Shown: positions 17,899 through 28,504, counted from the stretch's first letter. The stretch is DNA of 64,000 bases from Symbiobacterium sp. (GCA_020725405.1 DYFB01000039.1:44428-108427); one strand, 5' to 3'. Numbers and translations: made by a program. Notes: generated by a model from the letters alone, not told the origin.

Positions 17899-17960
17899 AT
17901 ACCTTCTCTCCTCCAGCCGGCTGAACGCGAGCGGACCCGCCTCGGCAAGAGCCGCCCCCC

Positions 17961-19100
17961 TCAGCACCCCAGGTTCCTGGCGATGACCAGGCGCTGGATC
18001 TCCGACGTCCCTTCTCCTATCTCCATCAGCTTGGCGTCCCGCAGATATCGCTCGACCGGATACTCATCCATATAGCCGTAGCCCCCGTGGATCTGCACGG
18101 CCTGGAGGGCGGCCCTGACGCAGGTCTCGGAGGCGAAGAGCTTGGCCATGGCCGCCTCCCGCCCGAAGGGAAGGTGGTTGTCCTTCAACCAGGCCGCCTT
18201 GAGGGTCATGAGCCGCGCCAGTTCGGTCTCCATGGCCATGTCGGCCAGCTTGAACTGGATGGCCTGGAACTTGGAAATGGCCTGGCCGAACTGGACCCGG
18301 GTCTTGGCGTACTCCAGGGACGCGTCAAGACAGGCCTGGGCGATGCCCACGGACAGGGCAGCGATGCTGATGCGCCCGCCGTCCAGGGCCGTCAGAAACT
18401 GCCGGAAGCCGGCGCCGCGCTCCCCGAGGAGCGCATCTTCCGGGAGCCGGCAGTCGGCGAAGACGAGCTCGGCGGTGTCCGAGGCCCTGAGCCCGAGCTT
18501 GGAGTACCTCTGACCGACCGAGAAGCCGGGCGCGTCGGCCGGAACGACGAACGAGCTTATGCCCCGCGACCCCTTCCCGGGTTCGGTCACGGCCGTGGCG
18601 ACGACGACCCCGGCCAGCGAAGCGTTGGTGATGAAGCACTTCGTGCCGTTCAGCACCCACTCCCCGTCGACGAGCGAGGCCGTCGTCTCCGTCCCTCCGG
18701 CGTCCGAACCGGCGCCCGGCTCGGTGAGGCCGAAGGCGGCCAGAACTTCCCCCCTCAGGCACGGGCCGAGCCAGCGTTCCTTCTGGACCCGGCTTCCGAA
18801 GAGATAGATCGGCATGGTCCCGATGGAGACGTGGGCGGCGTAGGAGATACCGAGCGAGGCCGAGACGCGAGATATTTCCTCGACCGCCAGGGCGTAGGCG
18901 AGGTATCCGGCTCCGAGACCGCCGACCTCCTCGGGGAAGGGGAGGGCGAAGAAGCCCATTTCTCCCATCCGGGCGAAGACCTCCCGGGGGATGGCCTTCT
19001 TCTCCTCCCACTCGGCGACGTGAGGCTGGACTTCCTTGAGGGCGAAATCCCGGGCCATTCTCTGCAGCATCCGCTGTTCCCCGGTGAGCTGGAAATCCAT
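17961..19100 (-). CDS. Acyl-CoA dehydrogenase (short/branched-chain type)
   Basis: 379 aa. Motifs [11 protein letters not shown], catalytic Glu region [29 protein letters not shown], and ends ...ARNLGC. Confidence 0.9.
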   Translation of the reverse strand: MDFQLTGEQRMLQRMARDFALKEVQPHVAEWEEKKAIPREVFARMGEMGFFALPFPEEVGGLGAGYLAYALAVEEISRVSASLGISYAAHVSIGTMPIYLFGSRVQKERWLGPCLRGEVLAAFGLTEPGAGSDAGGTETTASLVDGEWVLNGTKCFITNASLAGVVVATAVTEPGKGSRGISSFVVPADAPGFSVGQRYSKLGLRASDTAELVFADCRLPEDALLGERGAGFRQFLTALDGGRISIAALSVGIAQACLDASLEYAKTRVQFGQAISKFQAIQFKLADMAMETELARLMTLKAAWLKDNHLPFGREAAMAKLFASETCVRAALQAVQIHGGYGYMDEYPVERYLRDAKLMEIGEGTSEIQRLVIARNLGC

Positions 19101-19293
19101 GGCTGACCTCCAGGTGAAAAGACCTAGCCTGCCTCTGACCGATGGGGCCGCCCCCTCACCAGGCCGTTCCGTTCGGGCCCGGTGCGGCCCGGCGGCCCCA
19201 CCAAGGGTCGATTGCCTCTACGCTACGCCGGCACGAAGTAGACCTCGTGTCGACCCCGTCGAACTCCACCGCGATGAGGTGGCCGGGGTCCTA

Positions 19294-19782
19294 TCAGGTG
19301 GCAGCGGGTCTGTGCCGCACCGGCCGGAAATGAGCTATATCGAGAATAGAGCCTGTCCGCTGGGCGGGAGGCAGGAACACCGCCTCCACCTCCAGGCCGA
19401 TGTGCACGTCACCGGGATCCACCTCTCCCAGCCGGTGCACCAAGCCTCCGGCGGTCCCGTCGATACGCACGAAGGCGTAGACGACCGGCGGCTCCAACTG
19501 CCGCCCTTCGAGGTCACGGTGGGCGACGGTGAACGTCTCCACCGTACCCCGCGCCTCCACGTCCCTTGGCTCCCCGGTCTTTTCGAAACAGCGCTCACAG
19601 TAGAGCCGGGGTGGCAGGTACTTGGTGCCGCAGCCGAGACAGGCCGACGCCGCCAGCCGACCCCGCTCCTTGATGGCGCGCAGGTAAGCCTCGCCCGCCA
19701 CCCCCGCGGTGTAAACGTACTCGACCGGTATGCTCCCCGGCCACGTCCGCACGTGCTCCGGGTTGGTCAGCTTCTCCCGCAT
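19294..19782 (-). CDS. DUF35 OB-fold/Zn-ribbon protein (thiolase-associated)
   Basis: 162 aa. CLGCG...CERC rubredoxin-like Zn ribbon followed by an OB fold. Confidence 0.8.
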   Translation of the reverse strand: MREKLTNPEHVRTWPGSIPVEYVYTAGVAGEAYLRAIKERGRLAASACLGCGTKYLPPRLYCERCFEKTGEPRDVEARGTVETFTVAHRDLEGRQLEPPVVYAFVRIDGTAGGLVHRLGEVDPGDVHIGLEVEAVFLPPAQRTGSILDIAHFRPVRHRPAAT

Positions 19783-19786
19783 CGGC

Positions 19787-20302
19787 CTACCCTCCCTGGA
19801 CCGGTTTCCAGTACTTGATGTCGGTGATGGCCCCTTCGCGCTCGCCGGGGCTCTTCCACACCGCCCGCACCCGCATGCCGATGTGGACGTCCTCCGGCCG
19901 GACCTCGCCCAGAAGGTGCAGTATCCCCATGCCGGGGGAAGCCCCGTCCACGTTGATGACCGCGGGCAACAGGGGCTCCTTCAGCCGGGCCACATCCCAC
20001 CGGACATAGCAGATGGAGAAGGTGTTCACCGTGCCCGTATCCTCTACGTACACCCATTCGTCGGTGGGGACGAAGCACTGCTCGCAGAACATCCGGGGCG
20101 GGAGCAGGATGCGGTCGCACCCCCCGCACCGGCGGGCGACGAGCCGGCCGTTCTTCAACTCGCGCAGATAGCGGCCGATGGCCACGCCGGCGTCCCAGGC
20201 GTACTCCGCCTTCAGCTTGTGCCTGACCGTGAGCACCCGCCCTTCCTCGATGTCCCGTGAACTCAGGGCGGTGCCGGGCCATTCCTTGATCTTGACGGTC
20301 AT
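19787..20302 (-). CDS. DUF35 OB-fold/Zn-ribbon protein (second copy)
   Basis: Start at ATG 20302 (MTVKIKEW...), with GGGGAGGGGGG upstream. CGGC...CEQC Zn ribbon plus OB fold. Confidence 0.8.
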   Translation of the reverse strand: MTVKIKEWPGTALSSRDIEEGRVLTVRHKLKAEYAWDAGVAIGRYLRELKNGRLVARRCGGCDRILLPPRMFCEQCFVPTDEWVYVEDTGTVNTFSICYVRWDVARLKEPLLPAVINVDGASPGMGILHLLGEVRPEDVHIGMRVRAVWKSPGEREGAITDIKYWKPVQGG

Positions 20303-20319
20303 GGTGTATCCCCCCTCCC

Positions 20320-21477
20320 CTAGCGTCCCAGGATGATGACGGTGCCCACCTGCATCAGGTCGCCCCACGCCTGCGCCAGGCCGCGTCGCGGAGTCCCGGG
20401 CACCTGGCGCTTGCCGGCCTCGCCCCGGAGTTGCCAGAACAACTCGCACACCTTCATGAGGCCGGCGGCGGCGATGGGGTTGCCCACCCCCAGAAGGCCC
20501 CCGGAAGGACACACGGGCAGGTCGCCGTCGCGCTGGGTGACCCCGTCGGCGGTCAGGCGGGCCGCCCCGCCCCGCTCGCACAGCAGTAACCCCTCCAGGT
20601 GGTGCAGTTCCTTGTAATCAAAGGGGTCGTACGGCTCCACGATGTGGATCTCCTTGCGCGGCTCCTTGATGCCCGCCATCTCATAGGCCATCCGGGCGGC
20701 GTACTCCACGTAGCGCGGGTAGTACAGGTCTCGGTTGGTCCAGTAGGCGGTGTCCAGGTGCCAGCCCACGCCCTCGACCCAGACCGGCTTGTCGCTCACC
20801 CGCTTGGCGACGTGTTCGGCGCACATCACCACCGCAGCCGCGCCGTCGCTGGCCGGGGAGACGTCCAGCCGGTTGACCGGCCAGGCCAAGACCTCCGAGT
20901 TGAGGACGTCCTCGACCGTCAGTTCCTCGCCCAGTTGGGCACAGGGGTGGTCCAGGGCGTTCTTCTTGTTCTTCACCGCGACCAGGGCTATCTCTTCCTT
21001 GGTGATGCCGTGAACCGTCATGTACCGGTTCATCTCCAGGGCGAAGATCCACAGCAGGTTGGGCCCCAGAGGGCGCTCGGTGGTGTGGTCGAAGATGGTT
21101 ATGAAGGCTCCCTGGGGGTGGGGGTGGCAGGAGGACATCTTCTCCTCGCAGACCACCAGCACCGTGTCAAACTGGCCGGACGCGATGTGGTACCAACCCT
21201 GGATGGGGGCGAACACTCCGGTCGCGCCGCCCACGAAATTCCGGATGCACGGCTTGCGCCAGGCGCCGGAACCGTCCGCCAGGTACTCACCTTTCATGTG
21301 GACGCCGTCGAAGGCATCCGGCGCGGAGCCGATGACCACCGCGTCCACGTCCTTGAGAGTGAGACCCGCCGAGTCCAGGGCCATTTTGGCCGCCTGCCAG
21401 GACAGCTCCCGTCCGGTTTCCTGCGCCCGCCGGACGAACTTGGTCATGCCCGCGCCGACTACCGCTACTTTCGCCAC
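20320..21477 (-). CDS. Thiolase-like protein (SCP-x/nonspecific lipid-transfer-type thiolase)
   Basis: KVAVVGAGMTKF N-terminus and C-terminal CPSGG...G thiolase catalytic region. Start probably GTG 21477 after GAGGGGAGGGAG. Confidence 0.85.
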   Translation of the reverse strand: MAKVAVVGAGMTKFVRRAQETGRELSWQAAKMALDSAGLTLKDVDAVVIGSAPDAFDGVHMKGEYLADGSGAWRKPCIRNFVGGATGVFAPIQGWYHIASGQFDTVLVVCEEKMSSCHPHPQGAFITIFDHTTERPLGPNLLWIFALEMNRYMTVHGITKEEIALVAVKNKKNALDHPCAQLGEELTVEDVLNSEVLAWPVNRLDVSPASDGAAAVVMCAEHVAKRVSDKPVWVEGVGWHLDTAYWTNRDLYYPRYVEYAARMAYEMAGIKEPRKEIHIVEPYDPFDYKELHHLEGLLLCERGGAARLTADGVTQRDGDLPVCPSGGLLGVGNPIAAAGLMKVCELFWQLRGEAGKRQVPGTPRRGLAQAWGDLMQVGTVIILGR

Positions 21478-21491
21478 CGTTCTCCCTCCCC

Positions 21492-22646
21492 TCAAGCCCT
21501 CTCCAGGATTACCACGCAACCGGTCGTGGTGGGAAGATTGCGCCAGCTCTGGGCCAGTCCCCGCGCGACGTCGGGCAGCTGGTTCCCGCCCGCCTGGCCC
21601 CTCAACTGCAGCACCACCTCATATACCCGGTGCAGGCCGGTTGCCTCCAGTAGGTGTCCCACGCCCAGGCTGCCGCCGGACACGTTGACCGGGAAATCGC
21701 CGGACGGCAAGGTGACACCCTCTTCGAGCCACGAGCCCGCCTCGCCGGGGCGGCAGATGCGCAGGGCCTCGAGGTGCTCGAGTTCCTTATACGAGAAAGA
21801 ATCGTCCACCTCGGCAAAGTCCAGCTCGCGGAAGGGGTCGGTGATGCCCGCCATGCGGTAGGCCTGCTGGGCGGCCAGCCGCGCGTAGGCCGCCTCGCCC
21901 CACTGCCGGGAATCCAGGGCCGGGGTATCGGTGCACCACCCGTAGCCGGTGATCCAGACCGGCTCCCCCGCCAGGCCGGCGATCGCCCTCTCGCCGGCCA
22001 CAACCATGACGAAGCCGCCGTCGGCCGGCCGGGCGATGTCCAGTTCGCCCAGGGGGGTGAAGGCCGGGGGAGCACCCAGCACGTCCTCGAGCGAGACCCG
22101 GGCCCCGTAGACCGCCCGGGGGTTCAGGAGCGCGTTCGCCAGGTTCTTCTTGACCACCAGCCCGCACTGCTCCCGGGTGTTGCCCGTCACGTGGAGGAAA
22201 CGGTTCATCTCCAGCCCCGCCAGGTGATGCGGGTGAGCCTCAAGGGGCCGGTGATAAATGGGGTCATAGGCGAAGTTATGAATGTGGGCGGGCGTGCGCA
22301 TGTCCGAGTGCTTGCTATGGCCCTCCACCACCACCACCCGGGCCATTCCGGTGCGGATCAGCATCGCCGCACAGGCCAGCGCATGAATCCCGTCACCGGT
22401 GACCGTGTGGACCGGCCGCAGGGCACCGCCCAGCTGATCGGGGACGTACTCGTCATAAATGCTGGTGCCCTCCCAGAAGTCCTCGGAGACACAGATGAAG
22501 CTGTCCACGTCCTTGCGAGGGTTGACCCCGGCGTCTTCGTAGGCTCTGGCCGCCGCTTCGTACATCATCTCCTTGCAAGAGAGCCCGGGGGTAATGGATC
22601 TGATGTCCGAGTGACCGACCCCCACGATGGCGACCCTTTCCGGCAC
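21492..22646 (-). CDS. Thiolase-like protein (SCP-x type), paralogue of the downstream gene
   Basis: RVAIVGVGHSD... and NVSGGSLGVGH thiolase motifs. GTG at 22646 preceded by GGGAGGTGG. Confidence 0.85.
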   Translation of the reverse strand: MPERVAIVGVGHSDIRSITPGLSCKEMMYEAAARAYEDAGVNPRKDVDSFICVSEDFWEGTSIYDEYVPDQLGGALRPVHTVTGDGIHALACAAMLIRTGMARVVVVEGHSKHSDMRTPAHIHNFAYDPIYHRPLEAHPHHLAGLEMNRFLHVTGNTREQCGLVVKKNLANALLNPRAVYGARVSLEDVLGAPPAFTPLGELDIARPADGGFVMVVAGERAIAGLAGEPVWITGYGWCTDTPALDSRQWGEAAYARLAAQQAYRMAGITDPFRELDFAEVDDSFSYKELEHLEALRICRPGEAGSWLEEGVTLPSGDFPVNVSGGSLGVGHLLEATGLHRVYEVVLQLRGQAGGNQLPDVARGLAQSWRNLPTTTGCVVILERA

Positions 22647-22845
22647 TTCTCGCCACCTCCCAAGTACCCGCCGGCGGCGGGTTTCTCCGATCCCGGCCGG
22701 CCTGAGGCGGTTCCCACCCGTGAGAACATCTCCCCTTGCCGGCGTTCTACCTAACGGTAGGTTGAGCAGCCCCCAAATAAAAGCGGGTCGTCCGACCAGG
22801 ATCATCCAGGCTCCGGATTCCCATGACCCTGTGAGGGCTGGGCTC

Positions 22846-22885
22846 CGCTCGGGAAACCGAAGGCTTCGCTCGGGAAACCAAAGGC
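22846..22885. promoter_or_regulatory. Imperfect direct repeat (cgctcgggaaacc[g/a]aagg x2) in the promoter region of the thiolase/DUF35/ACAD operon
   Basis: Seen directly, 40-80 nt upstream of the first thiolase start codon on the minus strand. Candidate operator. Confidence 0.3.
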
Positions 22886-22995
22886 CGCAAAGACAATTCG
22901 GTATTTTCGGCGGTGGGCGGGCTATTCCTCCCCCGCGGGCCCGGTGGGCGACAGGGGTTCGCGGGAGGCGGGCATCGGATGGGGCCGGTTGGACC

Positions 22996-23397
22996 CTAGA
23001 TGAGCCGCTGGACCTGTTCGAGGACTGTCTGGATGAAGAAGCCGTGCTGGAAGGAGACGAAAAACTGGACGGCCCCCGTCTGTCCCGGAGCCGCGACCCG
23101 GCGGTAGACGTAGGGGAAGGCCACCGCAGCCAGGATGACCGACGAGGCCACGGTGACCCAGCTCAGAGTTCCGCCGCGGCTCGCGGCTTCGATGAAGAAC
23201 TTAGCCAGGACTCCGAGCACGAGGGCGAGGTAGTGGAGCACGGTGTAAACGGCCTGACGGCGCTGGTCGTCGGCCGGGCACGGCGCTTGGGGCCGGTCCC
23301 CGACCGGGGACGGCACAGCCCAGGACCGCACGGTGAACTCCGGCGGCCTCGCCGAGCCCAGGTAAAAGTAGCCTCCGAGACGACGGAGAAAGCCCAC
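22996..23397 (-). CDS. Hypothetical small membrane protein (2 predicted TM helices)
   Basis: 133-aa ORF with two hydrophobic stretches. No recognisable family; could be spurious. Confidence 0.35.
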   Translation of the reverse strand: MGFLRRLGGYFYLGSARPPEFTVRSWAVPSPVGDRPQAPCPADDQRRQAVYTVLHYLALVLGVLAKFFIEAASRGGTLSWVTVASSVILAAVAFPYVYRRVAAPGQTGAVQFFVSFQHGFFIQTVLEQVQRLI

Positions 23398-23481
23398 GCC
23401 TGAGCCCCCCTCGCGCGGCCCCGGGCCTATCGGACTCCGGGAGGCGCTGCTAGACAGCGTACGCGCGAGCGGGCCAGCCGG

Positions 23482-25179
23482 TTACCCGGAGGAGCTTCCC
23501 GAGGCCGCCGGGACCACGGCCGCGGCCGCCTCCGCGAGGAGGCTATCCTCGCTCGGCCGGTAGTGGCGGTCCAGGAAGGACCGGAGCCGGGCGACGTCTT
23601 CTTCCGGGAGGAGGGCCCGGGTCACGACGACCTCCACGCCGACCTCGGGCACGGGAGCCGTGCTGACGACGAAGTCGGGCCGGATGTCCTTCACCACCTC
23701 GCGGAGGCCGTGCGCGGACGAGGTCCCGACGACGTCCAGCCCGCAGAACTCGGTCGCCAGACGGGCGGCCAGGATATCGCTGACCCCCACCCCGGCCGTC
23801 GAGGCGACGACGACGCGCCTGCGGCCGGAGACCGTCTTCCGGCGGCGCAGGACGGCCGCCGCCACGTGGAGGGTGAGGTGGCCCACCTCCTCCGGCGGGA
23901 GGGTCACGCCGGCCACGAGCTCGCACTGGCGGCAGGCCCGCGAGCAGGCGGCGAAAATCCTCGGGTAGAGGGCGGTTATCTCGTCCAGGAGCGGGTTCGT
24001 CACCGGCAGCCCGAAACGCAGCCGGCCCAGGGTCGGGCGGAGGTGAAGGACCAGGCCGTCAAGAAGAGTCTCCTCACCCGAGAGCGGGATGCCGAGCTCT
24101 TTCTCCACGCCTTCGACGAAGATGCGCGCCACCGCCGAGGACTCGACGTCGAGCCGGGGGCGGAGGTCCGGACCGCCGGTCCTCCGCCGGGCGGGTCCCC
24201 GGACCCTGGCCCCGAGAAGATGGAGGGTGAGGTTGCCGATCTCCGCCTCGGGAACCCGGACGCCGAACTCCTCGCTCATGCGCCCGGCCAGGAGGGCGGC
24301 CAGGCTGTACTCCGGCTGCGACCGGAGGGCCGCCAAGCGCTCGCGAGGAACCTCGACGTGCTTGCCGCCCGCCAGACGCTGGACGGCGATGGCCACCTGG
24401 AAGACGAGGGCGGAGTACGAGCCCGTGGTGAACTCGGCCCCAGCCGCGCCCTCGACTTCCCGGACCATGGTCTCCACGACCCCGAGGTCTATGCCCCCCA
24501 GCAGAGCCAGGAGATGCGGGCCTCCGGAGGCCCCGGAGGCGGAGCCTGAAGCAGCGCTGGAGGCAGCGTCCCCGGCCGTGCCCTCGCCCGCCCCGCTTCC
24601 GGGCTCAGACCCGACGCTCATGAGGAGCCGGCCCAGCTCTCCCGACTCGGCGAACTCGTTGAGGAGGTCGGAGACCGCCTGTCTCCAGGCCGACTCCTGG
24701 CCGACCACCCTGAGGCCGTAGTTGGAGCGCCTGACCAGGGCGAGCCCGCGGCGCTCGAGCCAGGCCTGAACGCCGTCGAGGTCGGCGAAGACCGTGGTCC
24801 GCGAGACGTGAAGCTCGTCGGCGAGACAGTGGCTGGTTACGGGCTCTTCACACTGGAGGAGGCGGGCGACAATGATGTTGCGCCTCTGCTCCGGAGAGAG
24901 AACGGGGCGGTACTCCTCGACGAGACCAAGTTTCTGCCGGGCCGCGGCGACGCCGTCTTCGGAGCCGTCTATCCAGATGCCGACGCGGGGCCGGCGGCAC
25001 AGCCTGACCGGAGTGGACTCGAGCCACATCTCGATCTCGTCAAGATCGTAGCGGATGGACCGGGGGCTGACACCGAACTGCCGGGCGAGGTCTGCGATGA
25101 CCACAGGGCCCTTCTCGTTGAGGAGAGCCAGAAGAAGGTGCTTGGCCCGGATGTTCAGCTGCAGCGGCGCCTCTTCCAC
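23482..25179 (-). CDS. PRD-domain transcriptional regulator (BglG/LicR/MtlR-like: HTH + 2 PRD + PTS EIIB-like domain)
   Basis: 565 aa with an N-terminal wHTH (VVIADLARQFGVSPRSIRYDLDEIE). The central region has conserved His-containing PRD-like helices. The C-terminal RRVVVASTAGVGVS resembles an EIIB(Gat) P-loop. Confidence 0.75.
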   Translation of the reverse strand: MEEAPLQLNIRAKHLLLALLNEKGPVVIADLARQFGVSPRSIRYDLDEIEMWLESTPVRLCRRPRVGIWIDGSEDGVAAARQKLGLVEEYRPVLSPEQRRNIIVARLLQCEEPVTSHCLADELHVSRTTVFADLDGVQAWLERRGLALVRRSNYGLRVVGQESAWRQAVSDLLNEFAESGELGRLLMSVGSEPGSGAGEGTAGDAASSAASGSASGASGGPHLLALLGGIDLGVVETMVREVEGAAGAEFTTGSYSALVFQVAIAVQRLAGGKHVEVPRERLAALRSQPEYSLAALLAGRMSEEFGVRVPEAEIGNLTLHLLGARVRGPARRRTGGPDLRPRLDVESSAVARIFVEGVEKELGIPLSGEETLLDGLVLHLRPTLGRLRFGLPVTNPLLDEITALYPRIFAACSRACRQCELVAGVTLPPEEVGHLTLHVAAAVLRRRKTVSGRRRVVVASTAGVGVSDILAARLATEFCGLDVVGTSSAHGLREVVKDIRPDFVVSTAPVPEVGVEVVVTRALLPEEDVARLRSFLDRHYRPSEDSLLAEAAAAVVPAASGSSSG

Positions 25180-25222
25180 GTCTTAACCTCCCTGCCCTGC
25201 CCTAATGATTGTGGAAACCCAG

Positions 25223-28200
25223 TCATTGATTCCTGCTCGCGGAGGCTTTTCCTGCCATGGCTCGCGCCGGACCCGCCGGCCCGCGGGAGCGGCGCAGGGT
25301 CGGGCCGAAGAATGCCCGAACCCCGGTCACAAGGTCGTCGGCGATCACGTAAGTCGCCGGGATGACGACGAGGGTGAGGAGAGTCGAGGAGACGAGTCCC
25401 CCGATGACGGCGACGGCCAGGGAGTTGGCCAGCTCGGAGCCTTCGAGCGACGCCGCGGCCATCGGAAGGAGCCCGAGCGCCGTGGTCGCCGTGGTCATGA
25501 GGATAGGCCGTAGTCTGGCCCCGGCCGCGACGAGAACGGCCTCGTCACGCGGGACGCCCCTGGCCCGGATCTGCCCCACGAAATCGAGGAGGACGATGGC
25601 GTTGTTGACGACGATGCCGCCGAGCATGATGATCCCGATGACGGACGGGACGGACAGGGTGATGCCCGTAAGCCTCAGGGCCGCGACCACGCCGACGACC
25701 GCGAGAGGGATGGTGACCATGATGACCAGGGGTTGGACAAGGGACTCGAACTGGGAGGCCATGACCATATAGACGAGGACGACCGCGAGCGAGAGGGCCA
25801 GTCCGAGACCGGCGAAGGCCTCCTCCATCTGCTCGTGCTCGCCGGCCACGGTATAGTCGTAGCCCTCCGGGAACTCGAGCCGGTCGAGCCGGGCGACGAT
25901 GTCGGCCGTGACCGAGGCTAGATCGCGCCCGGTGACGCCGGCCGACACCACGACGACCCGCCGCCCCTCCTGACGGCTGATGGCCGACGGGCCTTCGGCC
26001 CGGGTCACCTCGGCCACCTCGGTGAGGGAGACGGGGTACCCCCCAGGGGTGCGGAGGACGAAGTCCTCCACCGCCCGGATACCCTTCCGGCTGTCCGCGT
26101 CGTAGCGCAGGACGACGTCGTGACGGCGGCCGTCCAGGCTCAGGGTCCCGACCGTGCGACCCTCGATGGCCTCCCGAACCGTCACGGCCACCGCCGCCGG
26201 GTGAAGACCAAGGGCGGCCAGCCTGTCCCGGTCGTACCTGACGACGAGTTCCGGCCTCGGCTCGGCCCGGCCGCTATCGACGTTGACCGTCCCGGGAGTC
26301 TGGCGCACGATGGACGCCACCTCCTCCGCCAGGCCGGCGAGGACCTCGGGGTCGTAGCCCCGGATGACAAGCTCTACGGGACGTATTCCGCCCATGCTCA
26401 TGAAGGAGCTGAGCGACTCGACGGTTATCCGGCCGCCCCTGACGTTGAACAACCTCCGCTCGAGGTCCCGGACGATCTCGTCGGCGCTCCGCTCCCGGCG
26501 GTCCCGCTCGACGAGCTTGAGAGTGACCGAACCCACGTTGGTCCCCCCGCCCAGGACTCCCGCCGCGTCGAGCATCAGCCCTCCGCTCGACCCCACGGTC
26601 GAGGTCACGAACCGAGCCTCCGGCACGCCCAGGGCCACCTCCTCGACCCTTCGGACGAGGGCGTCGGTCGAGGCGAGGTCGCTCCCGGCCGGAAGGCGGA
26701 CGTTGATGATGACCTCCCCCCGGTCCATGGGAGGAACGAACTCGGCCCCAAGGCCGGGAACCAGGCGGACGGCGAGGAGGACGGCCGCGGCCGCCAGGCC
26801 GAGAACAAGATAGCGCGACCGGAGGGCCCCCCGGACAAGTGTCCGGTACCGCCCCCGGAGGGCCGGAGCGGATCGATCCTCCCCGGACCCGGACGGAAGG
26901 GGGGCGACCCGTCGCCCGGGCGCCCGCCCGGCGGTGAACAGGGTGGCCGCGGCCATGGGGACGAAGGTCAGGGCGACCGCGAGCGAGGAGAGGAGCGAGA
27001 AGGACACCGTTACGGCGAGCTCCTTGAAGAGCGTCCCGGCCACCCCGCCGACGAAGACCACCGGGAGGAAGACGACAACGGTCGTCAGGGTGGAGGCGCT
27101 GATGGCGGTCGAGACCTCCCGCGAGCCATCGACGGCGGCCTCCACCGGGGCCTTGCCCTCTTCGAGGTGGCGGAAGATGTTCTCGAGAACGACGATGGAG
27201 TTGTCGACCAGCATACCCACCCCGAGCGCCAGTCCCCCGACGGTCATCAGGTTCAGGGTGAGGTTGCTGAAGTACATCAGGGTGAAGGTGGCCACGACGG
27301 AGATGGGCATGGCCAGACCGATGATAAGGACGCTTCGCAGGTTCCTGAGGAAGAGAAGGAGCACGAGGGCGGCCAGGAGAGCCCCCTGCCAGGCGTTGGC
27401 GCCGACGAGGCCGACAGCCCTGGCGATGAAATCGGCCTGGCTCACGGTCACCTCCACCCGAAGGCCGGGCGGAAGGTCCTGTCGGAGAAGGTCGAGCTCG
27501 GCCTTGACCCGGCGGGCCACATCCACCGAGTTGGCGTCGGAGGCCTTCTGGACCGAGAGGATGACGGAATCCTCGCCGCCCAGCCGGGAGATATCCCTGA
27601 CCTCCCGGGGGAGAAGGGCCACGTCGGCCACCTCCCCCAGGCGGACCGGAATGGCGACGGTCCTCGGGCCCAGGGGGGTGGGTCTGGTCTCCGTCCTCAC
27701 CCCGACGACGAGGGCCTCGAGGTCGTCGAGGTCCTCGAACTCCCCGAGGGAGCGGATGAGGAGCGTCTGTCCGTCCTCGGTCACCGAGCCGCCCGGGAGG
27801 TTCAGGCTGGCCCCGGCCAGAGCGGTCCTGAGCTCGAGCCAGGTGAGACCGGCCGCGGCCAGGCGGTCCGGGTCGACGGCAACGAGCACCTCTTCCTCGG
27901 CCCCGCCGATGATCGTTACCGCCGCCACTCCGTCCACGCGCTCGAGGCGGGGCTTGACCGCGTCCATGGCGAGCCGCCGGAGGGCCACGAGCGGGTCTCC
28001 TGCAAGCGGGTCTCCCGTGAGAGGGTCCCCCGCGAGAGGGTCTCCGCCCGGCGCAAAGTCGCTCCTGCCCCCGCCGCTCACTGCCACGAAGAGGAGCGGC
28101 AGAGACGAGGGGTCGAAGGCCGTGACCACCGGCCGGCCGGCCTCGTCCGGGAAGTACCGGCTGGCGAGGTCGAGCTTCTCGCGCATCTCGAGGGTGGCGT

Positions 28201-28504
28201 AGTCCATGTCCGTGTTCCACTCGAACTGGACGATGACGACGGAGCGCTCCTCGAGGGAGATGGAGCTTATCGTCTTGACCCGGGCCACCCGGCCGACGGC
28301 TTCCTCGACGACCCGGGTAACGTGGCTCTCCACCTCCGCGGGAGCGGCTCCGGGGTACTCGGTGACGACTCCGGCGGCGGGGAAGTCGAAGCGCGGGAAG
28401 AGGTCGACACTGATGCGGCCGGCCGATACCCCTCCTAGGAGGAGAACGGCCAGAACGCCCATCAGGATCGTGACCCTGCGCCTCACCGAGAACGCGCTGA
28501 TCAA
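25223..28504 (-). CDS. RND family efflux transporter permease (AcrB/HAE1-like)
   Basis: 1093 aa with 12-TM AcrB architecture and large periplasmic loops. No adjacent membrane-fusion or outer-membrane partner gene. Confidence 0.9.
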   Translation of the reverse strand: MISAFSVRRRVTILMGVLAVLLLGGVSAGRISVDLFPRFDFPAAGVVTEYPGAAPAEVESHVTRVVEEAVGRVARVKTISSISLEERSVVIVQFEWNTDMDYATLEMREKLDLASRYFPDEAGRPVVTAFDPSSLPLLFVAVSGGGRSDFAPGGDPLAGDPLTGDPLAGDPLVALRRLAMDAVKPRLERVDGVAAVTIIGGAEEEVLVAVDPDRLAAAGLTWLELRTALAGASLNLPGGSVTEDGQTLLIRSLGEFEDLDDLEALVVGVRTETRPTPLGPRTVAIPVRLGEVADVALLPREVRDISRLGGEDSVILSVQKASDANSVDVARRVKAELDLLRQDLPPGLRVEVTVSQADFIARAVGLVGANAWQGALLAALVLLLFLRNLRSVLIIGLAMPISVVATFTLMYFSNLTLNLMTVGGLALGVGMLVDNSIVVLENIFRHLEEGKAPVEAAVDGSREVSTAISASTLTTVVVFLPVVFVGGVAGTLFKELAVTVSFSLLSSLAVALTFVPMAAATLFTAGRAPGRRVAPLPSGSGEDRSAPALRGRYRTLVRGALRSRYLVLGLAAAAVLLAVRLVPGLGAEFVPPMDRGEVIINVRLPAGSDLASTDALVRRVEEVALGVPEARFVTSTVGSSGGLMLDAAGVLGGGTNVGSVTLKLVERDRRERSADEIVRDLERRLFNVRGGRITVESLSSFMSMGGIRPVELVIRGYDPEVLAGLAEEVASIVRQTPGTVNVDSGRAEPRPELVVRYDRDRLAALGLHPAAVAVTVREAIEGRTVGTLSLDGRRHDVVLRYDADSRKGIRAVEDFVLRTPGGYPVSLTEVAEVTRAEGPSAISRQEGRRVVVVSAGVTGRDLASVTADIVARLDRLEFPEGYDYTVAGEHEQMEEAFAGLGLALSLAVVLVYMVMASQFESLVQPLVIMVTIPLAVVGVVAALRLTGITLSVPSVIGIIMLGGIVVNNAIVLLDFVGQIRARGVPRDEAVLVAAGARLRPILMTTATTALGLLPMAAASLEGSELANSLAVAVIGGLVSSTLLTLVVIPATYVIADDLVTGVRAFFGPTLRRSRGPAGPARAMAGKASASRNQ

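Noticed and set aside
22806-23481. Possible mobile element or integrase near the thiolase cluster / small ORF 22996..23397
   Set aside because: No transposase, integrase or recombinase motifs, and no terminal inverted repeats were seen. The small ORF is just a hydrophobic hypothetical.
26120-28438. ORFs 26120..28438(+) 772 aa and 26274..28220(-) 648 aa inside the RND gene
   Set aside because: Same-locus alternate frames of the AcrB-like gene with extreme Arg/Gly/Pro content, so not credible proteins.
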